From Andalucia godoyi And28 (Eukaryota > Protista > Jakobida), in contig VRVR01000015.1 of the NCBI GenBank assembly GCA_009859145.1, positions 175,705 to 239,704 of the forward strand: a DNA stretch of 64,000 nucleotides, in the 5' to 3' direction. Shown in pieces: positions 9,655-19,894 of this stretch. A program made the position numbers and the translations under genes. The first letter of the stretch is position 1. The number at the start of each line of letters is the position of its first letter. Below the pieces are notes generated by a model. It was not told where the DNA came from. It worked only from the letters and a program-made list of their open reading frames with translations, and did no database searches.

Positions 9655-10413
9655 TTACTTTTTGCGAGTTTTTCGTGCTTGCTTCCTTGAAGGTGGTACT
9701 GTTTTGGAGTCTTCAGGGGTCAGCAGCGAGGCGTCCGCATCCGCAGTGAGTTGCCCTTGCACATCAGCAGACATTGCAGGAATCGGTGCGAGTAAGGTGA
9801 TGTCTTGCGGTCCTGGAGCCGCAAGAGCGTCGTCGGGAACTGTATCGGGAACTGAAAGGTCAGCCGGTCGTGATTGTGAAGGCGGGGGTACTTTCGGCGA
9901 GGAAGAACGGGTTTCAGCAACGGCGTCATCGACCATCGATTGAGCAGTCATTTCGTTCGAGGAGAGGATGATGCTTGCAGACCCGGACAACTTGTCTTGA
10001 TCGATGAATTGCATAAGCAGTCGTTGCCGTTCCAACGAAACCAGCTCTTCAATTTCGTCATCCGAGTATTTTGGTTTCCGTCGTTTGCGACTAGGCTGCT
10101 TGACCCAGCTGCTTTCACCGGCCGACACGATTTCTTCTTCTTCTTCTTCCAACGATTCCCGGAGCTTGAACAGCTGGAGTTCAATTGCTCGTTTCCGTGC
10201 ATGTTCCTCCTCGATTGCAACAGCCACCAAAGAAAGTTTTGAAGAAGAAGAAGAAGAAGCTCCTAGAGACGACAACTGATGATCGTCATTACTGTTTCTT
10301 GTTTTGTGTTCAGACTGGATCCTTGAATGCGGCTTTATTGCAGATAAATTCTTTTGCACATGACCGGAAGTGGCAGATCCACGTGGAGTGGCTAAGCCAA
10401 CTCCATTGTACAT
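9655..10413 (-). CDS. CWC21: Pre-mRNA splicing factor Cwc21/SRRM2 N-terminal domain protein
   Basis: Diagnostic start MYNGVGLATPRGSATSGHVQKNL and EHARKRAIELQLFKLRESLEE. Confidence 0.93.
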   Translation of the reverse strand: MYNGVGLATPRGSATSGHVQKNLSAIKPHSRIQSEHKTRNSNDDHQLSSLGASSSSSSKLSLVAVAIEEEHARKRAIELQLFKLRESLEEEEEEIVSAGESSWVKQPSRKRRKPKYSDDEIEELVSLERQRLLMQFIDQDKLSGSASIILSSNEMTAQSMVDDAVAETRSSSPKVPPPSQSRPADLSVPDTVPDDALAAPGPQDITLLAPIPAMSADVQGQLTADADASLLTPEDSKTVPPSRKQARKTRKK

Positions 10414-11062
10414 GCTGAAATCCCAGAGTCAATCCACGCGAACACAAGTGAGACGAGAGCGTGAAGGAGAAAAAGAGAACCACAAACAAAGGAATTCCAA
10501 ACCTTTTTTTCATTTTGCTCAATGCAAACTCGAAACTTTGCGTGGCTCACGTCTACACTCTTTACCCTACTTTACGCCACTTACTCTCGACATTTCAGAC
10601 AATGCTATTGCAGTCGGCCTTTTTCATTTATGCAGTCCCATCGTCATTCATTTCTCCTTTTTTTTCCCCCCTTCTCTCTCCCCCGCAGTCTTCACGCTCA
10701 CAGGTCTGAACCTGCGGCCCGTCTGGAGCGAGATTAGAATGGTGCAGAACGCTCCGGCGTATTGGGGTCTACGCTCTTCTGAATTGAAACTGAATTCGCA
10801 ATGATTCGACATGCCTCGTGCACAATGTATGCGTGTGTGGTTCACTAGACCATGGAGACCAACCGACACGCGTGTGCGTAAGAAGCGTTTCGATTGACCC
10901 AAAACATATCGCAAAAGAAATTCATACACGTCAAATGGACACACAAAGCGAACAGCAGTTTACAAAGAGGTAAACAACATCGGAAGACGCATGCTTCTGA
11001 GAGAAGGAGGCGCACTACTATTGCACGCGCCTGATGCATCATGCATGGGGCGCTGCCCATGG

Positions 11063-11503
11063 TTAGCTATCGTACTCGACGTTGGTGACCTTAGAAGTGT
11101 GTATCTGTGCGATGGTCCCGTCGTCGTCGAAGCACAGCCATTCGACGCCGACTGCGTCTGGGCGTCCAGCAGCATGTCGGATGTATCGAAAGTGGACACA
11201 GTTGCAACATTTTCCCGTGCTGACGGCTTCCTGGTCATTTTCCTCTGTAAAGTGCTTGTGGTCTTCTTCTGAATCATACTGACGATGCTTGAATCCGCCT
11301 TGGATTGTCCAAAAGACGCTCTGAAACGAGGAAAAAAACGACCGCATCATCTGCATGACGGCTTCTGGACCTTCAAACCGTCCAAGAGACTCGGAGATGT
11401 ATACAATGCGAGGAGACAGCAGCTGCTCAATGCCGTCCAAATCATGCGAGTTAGAGAGATCAATGTACCGTTGCGCTGACAAAAGATACGTGGTCGACAT
11501 CAA
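11063..11503 (-). CDS. SnoaL-like (NTF2-fold) protein
   Basis: AQRYIDLSNSHDLDGIEQLLSPRIVY...GRFEGPEAV...GVEWLCFDDDGTIAQI matches the SnoaL-like pattern. Confidence 0.75.
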   Translation of the reverse strand: MMSTTYLLSAQRYIDLSNSHDLDGIEQLLSPRIVYISESLGRFEGPEAVMQMMRSFFSSFQSVFWTIQGGFKHRQYDSEEDHKHFTEENDQEAVSTGKCCNCVHFRYIRHAAGRPDAVGVEWLCFDDDGTIAQIHTSKVTNVEYDS

Positions 11504-12035
11504 GAAAAAGAATGAGCGGGAAATGAAGGAAAAACACTATGATGACGCTAGATATGCTTGAAATGTTCAACAAAACAAATGGAGAACAGCAACTATATTG
11601 CGATTATACTAGAATTACACTGCAATTATAGCACCGCAACGACAATGATTCGTACGGACAATCAAAACAAGTAGCGTGGAGAATCAAGAAGGAATGGTCA
11701 CTGTGGCAAAGCCAGCAAGAGGAATTGGCAGCAAAAATTGCAAAAATGTTTGCGGATTTTGGTCATACAGGAATGACAGGATTCGCGGCTTCCCTATTGG
11801 GACCATGCTGCCAATAACCCAGAGTAAGCCAGCGGACTCAAAAAAACAATAATAATAATAGTAATAACAATAATTCAGCGCACGTGTGCCGTCCGTCCGT
11901 GCATGTGTTCAACTTGAAAATACCTTTACCGAGAAAAACCGTCGACTGTCGATTGAAGCGGGGAGCACTTGGCACAAAAGGAACATAAACAGGATACCGC
12001 TGTCTATCGAATATCGATACAGTTCCTGCAAAGTA

Positions 12036-12445
12036 TCCGCTCGCCAAAACATGAATCATTATTGATTATCGGGCTAAGCTGTCATCGAAGACAGATCCAA
12101 ACCACGTGCTTTTTGCTTATTTTATTTGGGGGCGAGGACCACCTCTTCAATGCACATTGCTCTGCATCAAAGTGGTCATCGCTTCTTATTCCTCTCCACC
12201 TCCGACCAGAGGAGATCAGCGGTTTTCTTGGTTCTCAGTGTCTTCGGGCATGGCCGGTTTGAGTTTGTCGGGAAGATCTCTCTTTGGAGCCATGAGATGT
12301 GCTTTGTCTTTGTCTCTGATGAAAGGTGCTGCTTGAGGGTTCGACTATTAAAAAACCAAACAAACAGAAAATAATAGGAGGAAAGAACAACTAGTGAAGA
12401 AGGAAGAAATTCTGGACCTGCTACGGTACGAACATCGCGTCCCCA
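12036..12445 (+). repeat. Dispersed bipartite repeat, copy 2 (homologous to 1385-1681)
   Basis: Two conserved blocks as in copy 1; the spacer between the blocks is unrelated. Confidence 0.8.
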
Positions 12446-12659
12446 ACAGAGTCAGATAAACAGACTTCCGGTATGATGTTGTTTACTTTTAATGTTCAAT
12501 GTCTGATGCACAAAACGACACTGCACAGTGAGCAAAAATATTGGTCAGTATTGATCATGACGTAAAACATACGCATTTCCACGATTTTCGTTTTCCGTCT
12601 TTCCCGAAATCCCAACACACAATCCTCATGTTTCTCAACAGCAAGAAAACACAGAAAAA

Positions 12660-13778
12660 ATGACTCGGAAACGCAACCTTCCAGGAGGTCGCAAACCCGA
12701 CAAGAAGCGCCCTAGGAAGTCTCCTAGACCCTCCTTCCTACGTCGCTCGAACGGTGCCTTGGATAGACATTGAACGCAAAAAAGGTTGCTTGCGCAGCAT
12801 CGATCTCTGGGACGATGCGTATAACAACTGCGTCTTCCTTTACCAGAAACGCAATGTCCCTGCAAGATCCCGAAAGATGGATCGACATGTGTTTCCGAAC
12901 CACGACTCCAGGCTGACGAAGAACACGAGACGTTGTCCGAAACGCTTCGTCGTGAAACCGCGAGACAAGCATTCCGATCATCGCAGCTTCAAGGTTCCCA
13001 GGAATGGCGGAAAACCTCCCGTCCAATTGTCGGTCGAGGAAGGTGCTGCTTTCTGGTCCACTTTCATTCCCGGAAGCACCATCAAATTGTGGAAATGAGG
13101 AAGGAAGGCGGGGCGTGAAATTCGACGGCTACGTGAGATGGAGCGTGAGAAACCCCAAGGTGGCTGTAACGGCTCGGTTTTCAATGTCCTGCGCACGTGT
13201 TCCATTTCCTATGTCCAAGGACGATGCTTTTCCGATTGTCCCAGTCGCGCGATCCGTGGCACCACCCAAGACGAAAACCGGGGACATGGTTGTCATCAAC
13301 AGCTGCGATGGCGGAGGCCGTGTCTTCCAGACTGTTTATGATGGCTGTGGGAATTACAAGGAATATGGGTTCTCCGAGGGCGACCCTTGACGCTGATCAA
13401 ACCCCAGAAACGCTATCAGAAATTGCAATCGAAACGCGCCACCGAGACGACTTGCATGTCGAAAAACGGCAAGACGGAATGCCCGGCGTAAGATGCGCAA
13501 CATTTCGCACCGCATTCAGAACATGCAACATGATGGACATGTACGCATTGCCAAGGCAGTGTGCCAGAATGCTGATCATATCCTGTTCCCGTCATTGAAC
13601 ACCCAGAAGATGTGCCAGAAACAGAGTGAAGACGGCACAGTGTCCCCACGCGGGATGCACGTATTCGCAGCCTCGTGACCAGCGTGGTGCGAGAAACGTT
13701 GCGATCTTGGGTGTGGAGTGTATTGGAGACTCCATTGGAGTCTGCCAACACCCAAGCCCCTTTTCATCCTCCTCGTAA
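12660..13778 (+). pseudogene. Decayed Fanzor2/TnpB RNA-guided nuclease gene
   Basis: Motifs occur in the expected order across frames: basic N-terminus (MTRKRNLPGGRKPDKKRPRK), WDDAYNNCVFLY, RFVVKPRDK..SFKVP, RuvC-I SCDGGGRVFQTVYDG (D at 13307), bridge helix RRKMRNISHRIQNMQHDGHVRIAKAVCQN, RuvC-II ILFPSLNTQKM, and CPHAGC..PRDQRGARNV (RuvC-III D at 13677). Several frameshifts and stops, plus an internal deletion. Confidence 0.85.
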
Positions 13779-13781
13779 TAA

Positions 13782-13918
13782 GAGGGAGGTGTTTGCGTGG
13801 GACTGAAAACACCCAACAACATACTTGTTATGGGAAGCGCTGAACCATTTTCATGGAAAAGGGAGCAGCTTCGCCATAACGTCCAGTTGGCGACTTTGAG
13901 ACTCCAATTGGACCCTCC
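13782..13918 (+). ncRNA. Candidate omegaRNA scaffold of the 12660-13778 Fanzor2
   Basis: Three stems: GGTGTTT/AAACACC (13788-13813); GTTATGGGAAGC/GCTTCGCCATAAC with an inner TTTTC/GAAAA hairpin (13827-13880); GTCCAGTTGG/CCAATTGGAC (13881-13913). Possible closing GAGG/CCTC pair. Starts 4 nt after the stop codon. Confidence 0.65.
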
Positions 13919-14212
13919 GGTTTCCATGCGCAGTTTTGAAACTCGCTATCGTTGTTGATCAGTGTTTAAAACAAGCGGTCAAGCGTCCGAACTCCCGACT
14001 CCTGAGGCTTCTCGCCGGTCTGAAACTGTCGTACGGTACTCCTTGGACACTCTCTTCTTGCGTGCGCCAGACGGCAATTTTGAATTCCCCTTTTCTCCTT
14101 TATTTATTTTTTTTCTTTTTTTTTTTTTCGTCGTGTACGCTGAGCTGGAGGTGAAAAGGAAAAGAAGAGAAAGAAGAGAAAAAGGGGGGAAAGTAGACAA
14201 AAGGATACAAGT

Positions 14213-16072
14213 ATGAAATTGGCAAAACACTTTGCAGAACATGCGTCAAGGCTTCCGAAGCTTCCCATTCCGTCGGCAAAATCAACCGTGGAGCGACTTC
14301 TTTCATCCTGCGACCCGCTGACCCGTTTTGCTTCACCGCATATCCCGGATCCGAAAGCCGCAAGAAACGCAATTTCCACGCTAGCAAGTGATTTTCTGAA
14401 TTCAGAGGCGCTTCCTAGACTGGAGTCCCTGCTTCAGAGCCGTGCTCGGTCGCAACCAGATCACAAGTCCTGGCTCATTGATTGGTGGAACAACGTTGCG
14501 TATCTCGGATACCGCGATTCAGTGGTGAACAATTCGAACTTTTACTTTGTTCTTCCGACTGCAACCGATGCGTTGAAAGCCCTTCCTGGTGACAAGAGAC
14601 AGGTTATCAGAGCTGCCTCTCTCATGCTTTCAGCATGGGAATTTCGGCACATGCTTGTGCACAAGACAGAATCGTTCCATCCGGACATGAACGGAAAAGA
14701 TGAGCTGGATATGCAAATGTACCAGTATATGTTTGACTCTTGTCGAATTCCCAAACCTGGCATGGATGAGATGCATGTTTCGGCAGAAGTGACCAGCACA
14801 ACATCCAGGGGGTATGTGGTAGTGGCATTCCACGGACAGTTCTATACAGTTCCGGGTGCGCTGTTTGAGGAGCGTCGGCATTTGCTTGTTTCCTATCTAG
14901 AATCTTTGATGTTTGCGACATCGGCTATCGCTTCAAGAGGCAGCAATCTCGGAAACCAGAATCTGGGAGTTGGCATCCTGACCGTCGACAACCGCGACAC
15001 CTGGGCGGAAAACTACAAGAAGCTGATGGCGGATCCAGCATCGAAATCGTCCGTGGAGAAAATCCAAAACGCGGCATTCATGGTGTGTTTGGATGACATT
15101 ACATCGCTTGATGAAGTTGAACACGAGAAGAATCTGCTGTTTGGAAGACCATCAACAGTTTCAAACCGCTGGTATGATAAGAACTTTCAAATTATCGTGG
15201 AACGAGACGGCGCTGCTGGAATTAATTTCGACCACACTGGAATGGATGGTACCGTTTCGATGCGACTCGTGCAACACATGGCGGAGCGCGAAAACCACTT
15301 TGCTCGACAGCTCTCCACTGGGCACTCGCCAGTAGCCACTAGTGATGTGCTGCAGCAGCTTATCCCGTTCAATCGGCTGCCCCCCGTCGTTGTTGAAAAA
15401 ATTAAGACTGCGTGGGCTGAACATGTCCGGAATAACTGGATGCATCTCGAAATACTAAAGGTCCCCGGTTTTGGAAAGGAGCAGATTAAGAAGTTCAAAA
15501 TGTCTCCTGATGCGTTTGTGCAAGCCGCGTTTCATCTTGCCTTTTTCAGAGTGCACGGATATCACGCGCCAACTTACGAATCTGCGCAGGTTCGTCGGTT
15601 TGCAGCCGGAAGAACTGAAACCATCCGAACGATGACCCCGGAAATGGCAGACTTCGTTGCCGCTATGCAAGATTCCACAGCCCCATCCAAGCAAGCAGAA
15701 CTTCTTCAACGTGCTGCGTCCAAACACGCCAAGATTGCACAAGAAGCATCCAACGGTGACGGTTGCGATCGCCACATGTTGGCTTGGCGACTGATTTGCC
15801 GTGAGCAAGGTTTCGCCTCTCCAGAGTTGTTCAATTTTTCGTTGTTCAAATATTCTTCACACTGGCAGCTCTCTACAAGCCAAATTACAAATCCGCTGAC
15901 GAGTGCGGGGTTTGGTGCCGTCACGAAAGATGGATATGGTATGTGCTACGCTATCCGACCCGAGGAGATCACGGTGCGAATTACGGGAACCGAGATGGAA
16001 CCAACGAAGCTCCGTGAAGCTGTCGAAGTCTCACTGCATGAAATGAGACGTCTAGGAATGAAATTCGTCTGA
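14213..16072 (+). CDS. Choline/carnitine O-acyltransferase
   Basis: LPKLPIP, SWLIDWW, NRWYDK, catalytic FDHTGMDG, SPDAFVQ, TYESAQVRRFAAGRTETIR, GCDRH, LSTS. Confidence 0.95.
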   Translation: MKLAKHFAEHASRLPKLPIPSAKSTVERLLSSCDPLTRFASPHIPDPKAARNAISTLASDFLNSEALPRLESLLQSRARSQPDHKSWLIDWWNNVAYLGYRDSVVNNSNFYFVLPTATDALKALPGDKRQVIRAASLMLSAWEFRHMLVHKTESFHPDMNGKDELDMQMYQYMFDSCRIPKPGMDEMHVSAEVTSTTSRGYVVVAFHGQFYTVPGALFEERRHLLVSYLESLMFATSAIASRGSNLGNQNLGVGILTVDNRDTWAENYKKLMADPASKSSVEKIQNAAFMVCLDDITSLDEVEHEKNLLFGRPSTVSNRWYDKNFQIIVERDGAAGINFDHTGMDGTVSMRLVQHMAERENHFARQLSTGHSPVATSDVLQQLIPFNRLPPVVVEKIKTAWAEHVRNNWMHLEILKVPGFGKEQIKKFKMSPDAFVQAAFHLAFFRVHGYHAPTYESAQVRRFAAGRTETIRTMTPEMADFVAAMQDSTAPSKQAELLQRAASKHAKIAQEASNGDGCDRHMLAWRLICREQGFASPELFNFSLFKYSSHWQLSTSQITNPLTSAGFGAVTKDGYGMCYAIRPEEITVRITGTEMEPTKLREAVEVSLHEMRRLGMKFV

Positions 16073-16298
16073 TTTAAATAAAAAAAATGGTTGCCCAACA
16101 AACACGAATCGAAACAAGGAAAAATAAGAACGGCATCCCTCATGTTAAACGCGCAACTAAAGTCGTCGGAGCGAACGACTGCAACACGAAAGCATTGCAG
16201 CATTCTGGATTCGAAGAGTCCCACGAGCGAGCCGCGGAAAGAGCGAAAGAAAACAATAAGAGAAGAGGGGAACGGAGGGAGGAACGGAAAGGGGGAAA

Positions 16299-17192
16299 TC
16301 ATTGCAAAGAACAACAGCTGTGTTTTCCCTCATCTTCGTTTCCATTCTTGGAAACACGTGCAGGGGGCGGAGGAAGGTACAGCTCGGATATATAAGTCTT
16401 CTCCGAGATCTGCCCGAGGAAAGAGAACACACGGTCCTTGTCCTTTTGGGTAGGACCGTGGCCCTCTGGATCATTTTCGAATTTAAACACGATATCCCTC
16501 TGGTCCACACCAAATTGGACAGCTGTCATCTGCGAAACCGATCTATCAAACATGAGCCGAAGCTGCCATCGACATACAAAAGCCACATTCTTTGGAAGAA
16601 GATCCATCGTTTGTTCCTTGCGAGATTGTACGACGTGGACCGCATCTGAGAAAATGTACACTGCAACCTCCCAATGCCCTTGAACATCACGGCACGGGAA
16701 ATCCTCATGCATTGCATAAAGCTTGAATGTTGATGCTGCCGGAGCAATACAGGACTGGTTGGCCGCTTTCAGCACTCGGAAACACTCGGTTCCCCCTGCG
16801 AGCCGCACAATATTCTCAAAAAATTCAGTCGCGACATCGATTCGTGCGCTCTGCAATAAAGAACTAACCTGAATGCTCTTCGTAGAATCGTGATCCAGAA
16901 CACTGAGCAAAATCTCTAAAACATGAATCACACACTCCAACTTTGGATACGACTGCATGCCTTCCAAGTTGTCGACACGGATGAAGTCAATTGCATCGTA
17001 CACGGAAGACGTGTACCGATAATCTGTGGGTTCTTCATCATGATTGGGGTCCCGCTCGCCTAGAGAAACGACTGGTGCCGGGGAACTGGTTTGATATATT
17101 CTAAACTTCTTCGCGAGCCGAGGCAAATCTGTGCCGATTGCTCCACACAGCCGGTCTTCACGGGCCCAGATGGTTCGAATCGATCCTTCCAT
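16299..17192 (-). CDS. Hypothetical protein
   Basis: 297-aa ATG ORF with globular composition, filling the space between neighbouring genes; family not recognised. Confidence 0.75.
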   Translation of the reverse strand: MEGSIRTIWAREDRLCGAIGTDLPRLAKKFRIYQTSSPAPVVSLGERDPNHDEEPTDYRYTSSVYDAIDFIRVDNLEGMQSYPKLECVIHVLEILLSVLDHDSTKSIQVSSLLQSARIDVATEFFENIVRLAGGTECFRVLKAANQSCIAPAASTFKLYAMHEDFPCRDVQGHWEVAVYIFSDAVHVVQSRKEQTMDLLPKNVAFVCRWQLRLMFDRSVSQMTAVQFGVDQRDIVFKFENDPEGHGPTQKDKDRVFSFLGQISEKTYISELYLPPPPARVSKNGNEDEGKHSCCSLQ

Positions 17193-17600
17193 TCATGAAT
17201 TACCTTTTTGAATATCCAGAGAGCGAATGAGAGCAATTCCGGTCAAGCTACAGCAAGGAAGTAGGAAGTAAATCTGTCAGGAAACGAAACAAAAACAAAA
17301 CATTCCAACGAATGAGGGTGTAAAAAACACCCCCAAGAAAGGCTTGATGATCGAGGCTCTTTTCGCATCCAAAAGCACCTGATGAAATCGACTGCTGTCG
17401 ACATCAACATCGAAGGATCGAGTGTTTTTCGGGGGGATAGTTCAAGAAGGCGACAGACACGCAGTGAAAAGGGACGGCACAGGATACCGGAATGTGCTGC
17501 GACGAGATGCACGCCAAAGAATTCGGTTTCAAGTCATTCGAACAATGCACGGCACTTTGACATTGGAATCCATACGTTGTCGAAACATTTCTTTTCCAAG

Positions 17601-19868
17601 ATGCCTCTCAAAGATGTTATGATGTTCCTGGTGATTGCGCTGATCTGCCACTGCTTGCGCTGTGCCATGGCCACTGATTCGACAATGAATGGCGTTGAAA
17701 TGAAAGAGTACTCCAGTTCTGGTACTTACCTGACCGTGGCTGTCAGTCAGAATAGTTCAGGACACAGTCTTATGGTTTGCGCAGTCGGCAGCCTGTCAGA
17801 AGGATTTGTATTTGCTCCGATGTTTTCTCAGCATTCCGAGATAAAGGGGAAATTCCTCACTGCCGAGGATATTCATTGCGCGAATGCGACTTGGCATCCA
17901 GAAGATCCGAACGTGTACTGTCAACTTGCATGCGTAATTTTGGTTGCTGATGGTGAAGAAGAACGATGCATTCTTGTATGCCAAGACGATCCTGCTGTCA
18001 CAATTGTGCATCACCCTGTCGACGTGGTGAATGAGTTCCCACAGTCATTTCCATTTTTTTACATTTTGAACGTTTCCATTGCGAAACATTCGTTATGGAG
18101 AATGGAAGAAGTTATGGTGTTCAACTTTTCGAAAAATATGACTTTTAGCATCAAAATGTCGGCGCCGACATGCCACGCCTCTCTCTCCGCCAATGATACA
18201 AAAGTGACGTTTGGTTTCAATGATACCGACAGTTGTTCCGTTGGTCTGTCTATCAGCGTCAGCTCACAATTCTCGGTATTTGATGTTATTCAAGAGGTGT
18301 TTTCTGTCAAAATGCCCAATGGTTCTATTTCGCTGTTTCCATTGTTTCTGGTGAGAAATGCCAGCTGGGGTGAATTTTGCACTGATCGTCATCTTTTTAG
18401 TCTGGCACTGATGACCGGAAACGTTGCTTCAGAAGTAACAGTTTCCAGAAATTTGACCACTCCAAGTGATTTGTTCAACGTCTCTTCTGTCTCGATTCCG
18501 TTAAGTGTTCGCTGGAATGACAGCAGAATTTTCAATAATCTTTGTGCGCAAAGCAATGCTTCAACGTCCGCGTCCTTGTCTCTTCGAGTCACGGAGACTT
18601 TGGGAATATTCTCGGGGACATACTCATTGGTGGGTCGCAACATTCAGAATGCTTTGGGAGGGGTTTGGGAAACGGATTTTTCGCCAGCAACGCTGGCAGA
18701 ACTGGTGTGTGCGAAGACTGCGGATGTGGAAATTGGAAAACTGATATTTACTCCGTCGACTGTGCTGAACGCAGAATCAGCAAAACTTTCAGTTTCCGAC
18801 CTTAAGTTTGAAGTGCAAATTGAACTGAAGGTCGATGCATCTTTAAATCATAGTTGCCTGACTAGAAGCCTCATCGCGAGTACGTTTGTCACCGTTCATG
18901 TGGAACTCACGGACATCGACGATCGGCACGAGACCAAGTTTCTGAATTCGCGTTTGTCCGTGTCTCTTTCCGCACTACCAAAGAACACTTCGATATTCAA
19001 ACCACTGAATGTCATTGATGAATATTTTGATATGTCGATATGGCATTCCGGTACGGATTCTGTCTTGCCATTTGTGAGACTGTACATTATGGGAGACGGC
19101 ATGATAGAAGATGCCAACGGTCCGTCGGGTACGTTGATGACGGTGAAAACATTTGATCCCAAAGTCTCTGTTGTGCTTGATGCCGATATTGCCTTATTGG
19201 CATCCATTCTAGAGGACTCCGCTCTCAAAGTTGCCAACTTGTCCTCATGTAGCTCCAGATTGGTCTGCAGTAACGATGGCAACAACGAACTGATTTGTGA
19301 TGTTTTCGCTCTGCCTCGGCTGCCCAGTTCTCCTGCATCGAATCAGAAGATCTTGACGTTTTCATCTGATACCAACAATGACACAGTTGCGGAAAAGAAT
19401 ACGTGCAAAAGTGCTCCGCTAAATGCCCTCCATTGTGTTGTGAAGGTGACACTGGATGTGTCTGCGTTTGTCCCGCTCATTCGGTATCGCCCAATGCATT
19501 TCGTTTCTGTTGGAATGGATATAGACGGAGAGGTGCTGCCATTTAATGCAACAGAAGGAAAGAAAAATGTTACATACCTTCCCAACAAGATATTAACAAA
19601 ACCAGAAGCCTGCGATGTCAAGCATCGCGTGAAAGGCGTTGGTGGAAAACCGAATGAATCGGAGATCCTGCAAGGAGGGAAAGGAGGAAGCGCGGCTTTG
19701 TGGCTGCTAATTTTCCTCGGTATTGTTGGATTTGCAATTTTTGCGGCCAAGAACGAAACCTTTCGAAGTGCCTTCACATCGGCGTTTCGCAGTGGACAAG
19801 CACCTCGAGGAAACCAGCGGTATTCGAGACTGACCGCCACGTACGATTCATCGGAAGAGTTGTACTAA
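17601..19868 (+). CDS. Type I membrane protein with large Cys-containing ectodomain, function unknown
   Basis: Signal peptide MPLKDVMMFLVIALICHCLRCAMA from 17601, C-terminal TM (AALWLLIFLGIVGFAIFAA), short tail with YSRL. Confidence 0.8.
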   Translation: MPLKDVMMFLVIALICHCLRCAMATDSTMNGVEMKEYSSSGTYLTVAVSQNSSGHSLMVCAVGSLSEGFVFAPMFSQHSEIKGKFLTAEDIHCANATWHPEDPNVYCQLACVILVADGEEERCILVCQDDPAVTIVHHPVDVVNEFPQSFPFFYILNVSIAKHSLWRMEEVMVFNFSKNMTFSIKMSAPTCHASLSANDTKVTFGFNDTDSCSVGLSISVSSQFSVFDVIQEVFSVKMPNGSISLFPLFLVRNASWGEFCTDRHLFSLALMTGNVASEVTVSRNLTTPSDLFNVSSVSIPLSVRWNDSRIFNNLCAQSNASTSASLSLRVTETLGIFSGTYSLVGRNIQNALGGVWETDFSPATLAELVCAKTADVEIGKLIFTPSTVLNAESAKLSVSDLKFEVQIELKVDASLNHSCLTRSLIASTFVTVHVELTDIDDRHETKFLNSRLSVSLSALPKNTSIFKPLNVIDEYFDMSIWHSGTDSVLPFVRLYIMGDGMIEDANGPSGTLMTVKTFDPKVSVVLDADIALLASILEDSALKVANLSSCSSRLVCSNDGNNELICDVFALPRLPSSPASNQKILTFSSDTNNDTVAEKNTCKSAPLNALHCVVKVTLDVSAFVPLIRYRPMHFVSVGMDIDGEVLPFNATEGKKNVTYLPNKILTKPEACDVKHRVKGVGGKPNESEILQGGKGGSAALWLLIFLGIVGFAIFAAKNETFRSAFTSAFRSGQAPRGNQRYSRLTATYDSSEELY

Positions 19869-19894
19869 GCATAATGGAGAATGTTTGTTCGCAA

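Noticed and set aside
10700-10800. Hairpin CTGGAGCG/CGCTCCGG with a U6-like GATTAGAATGG string
   Set aside because: Lacks the ACAGAGA box and other snRNA or snoRNA hallmarks, so chance similarity is likely.
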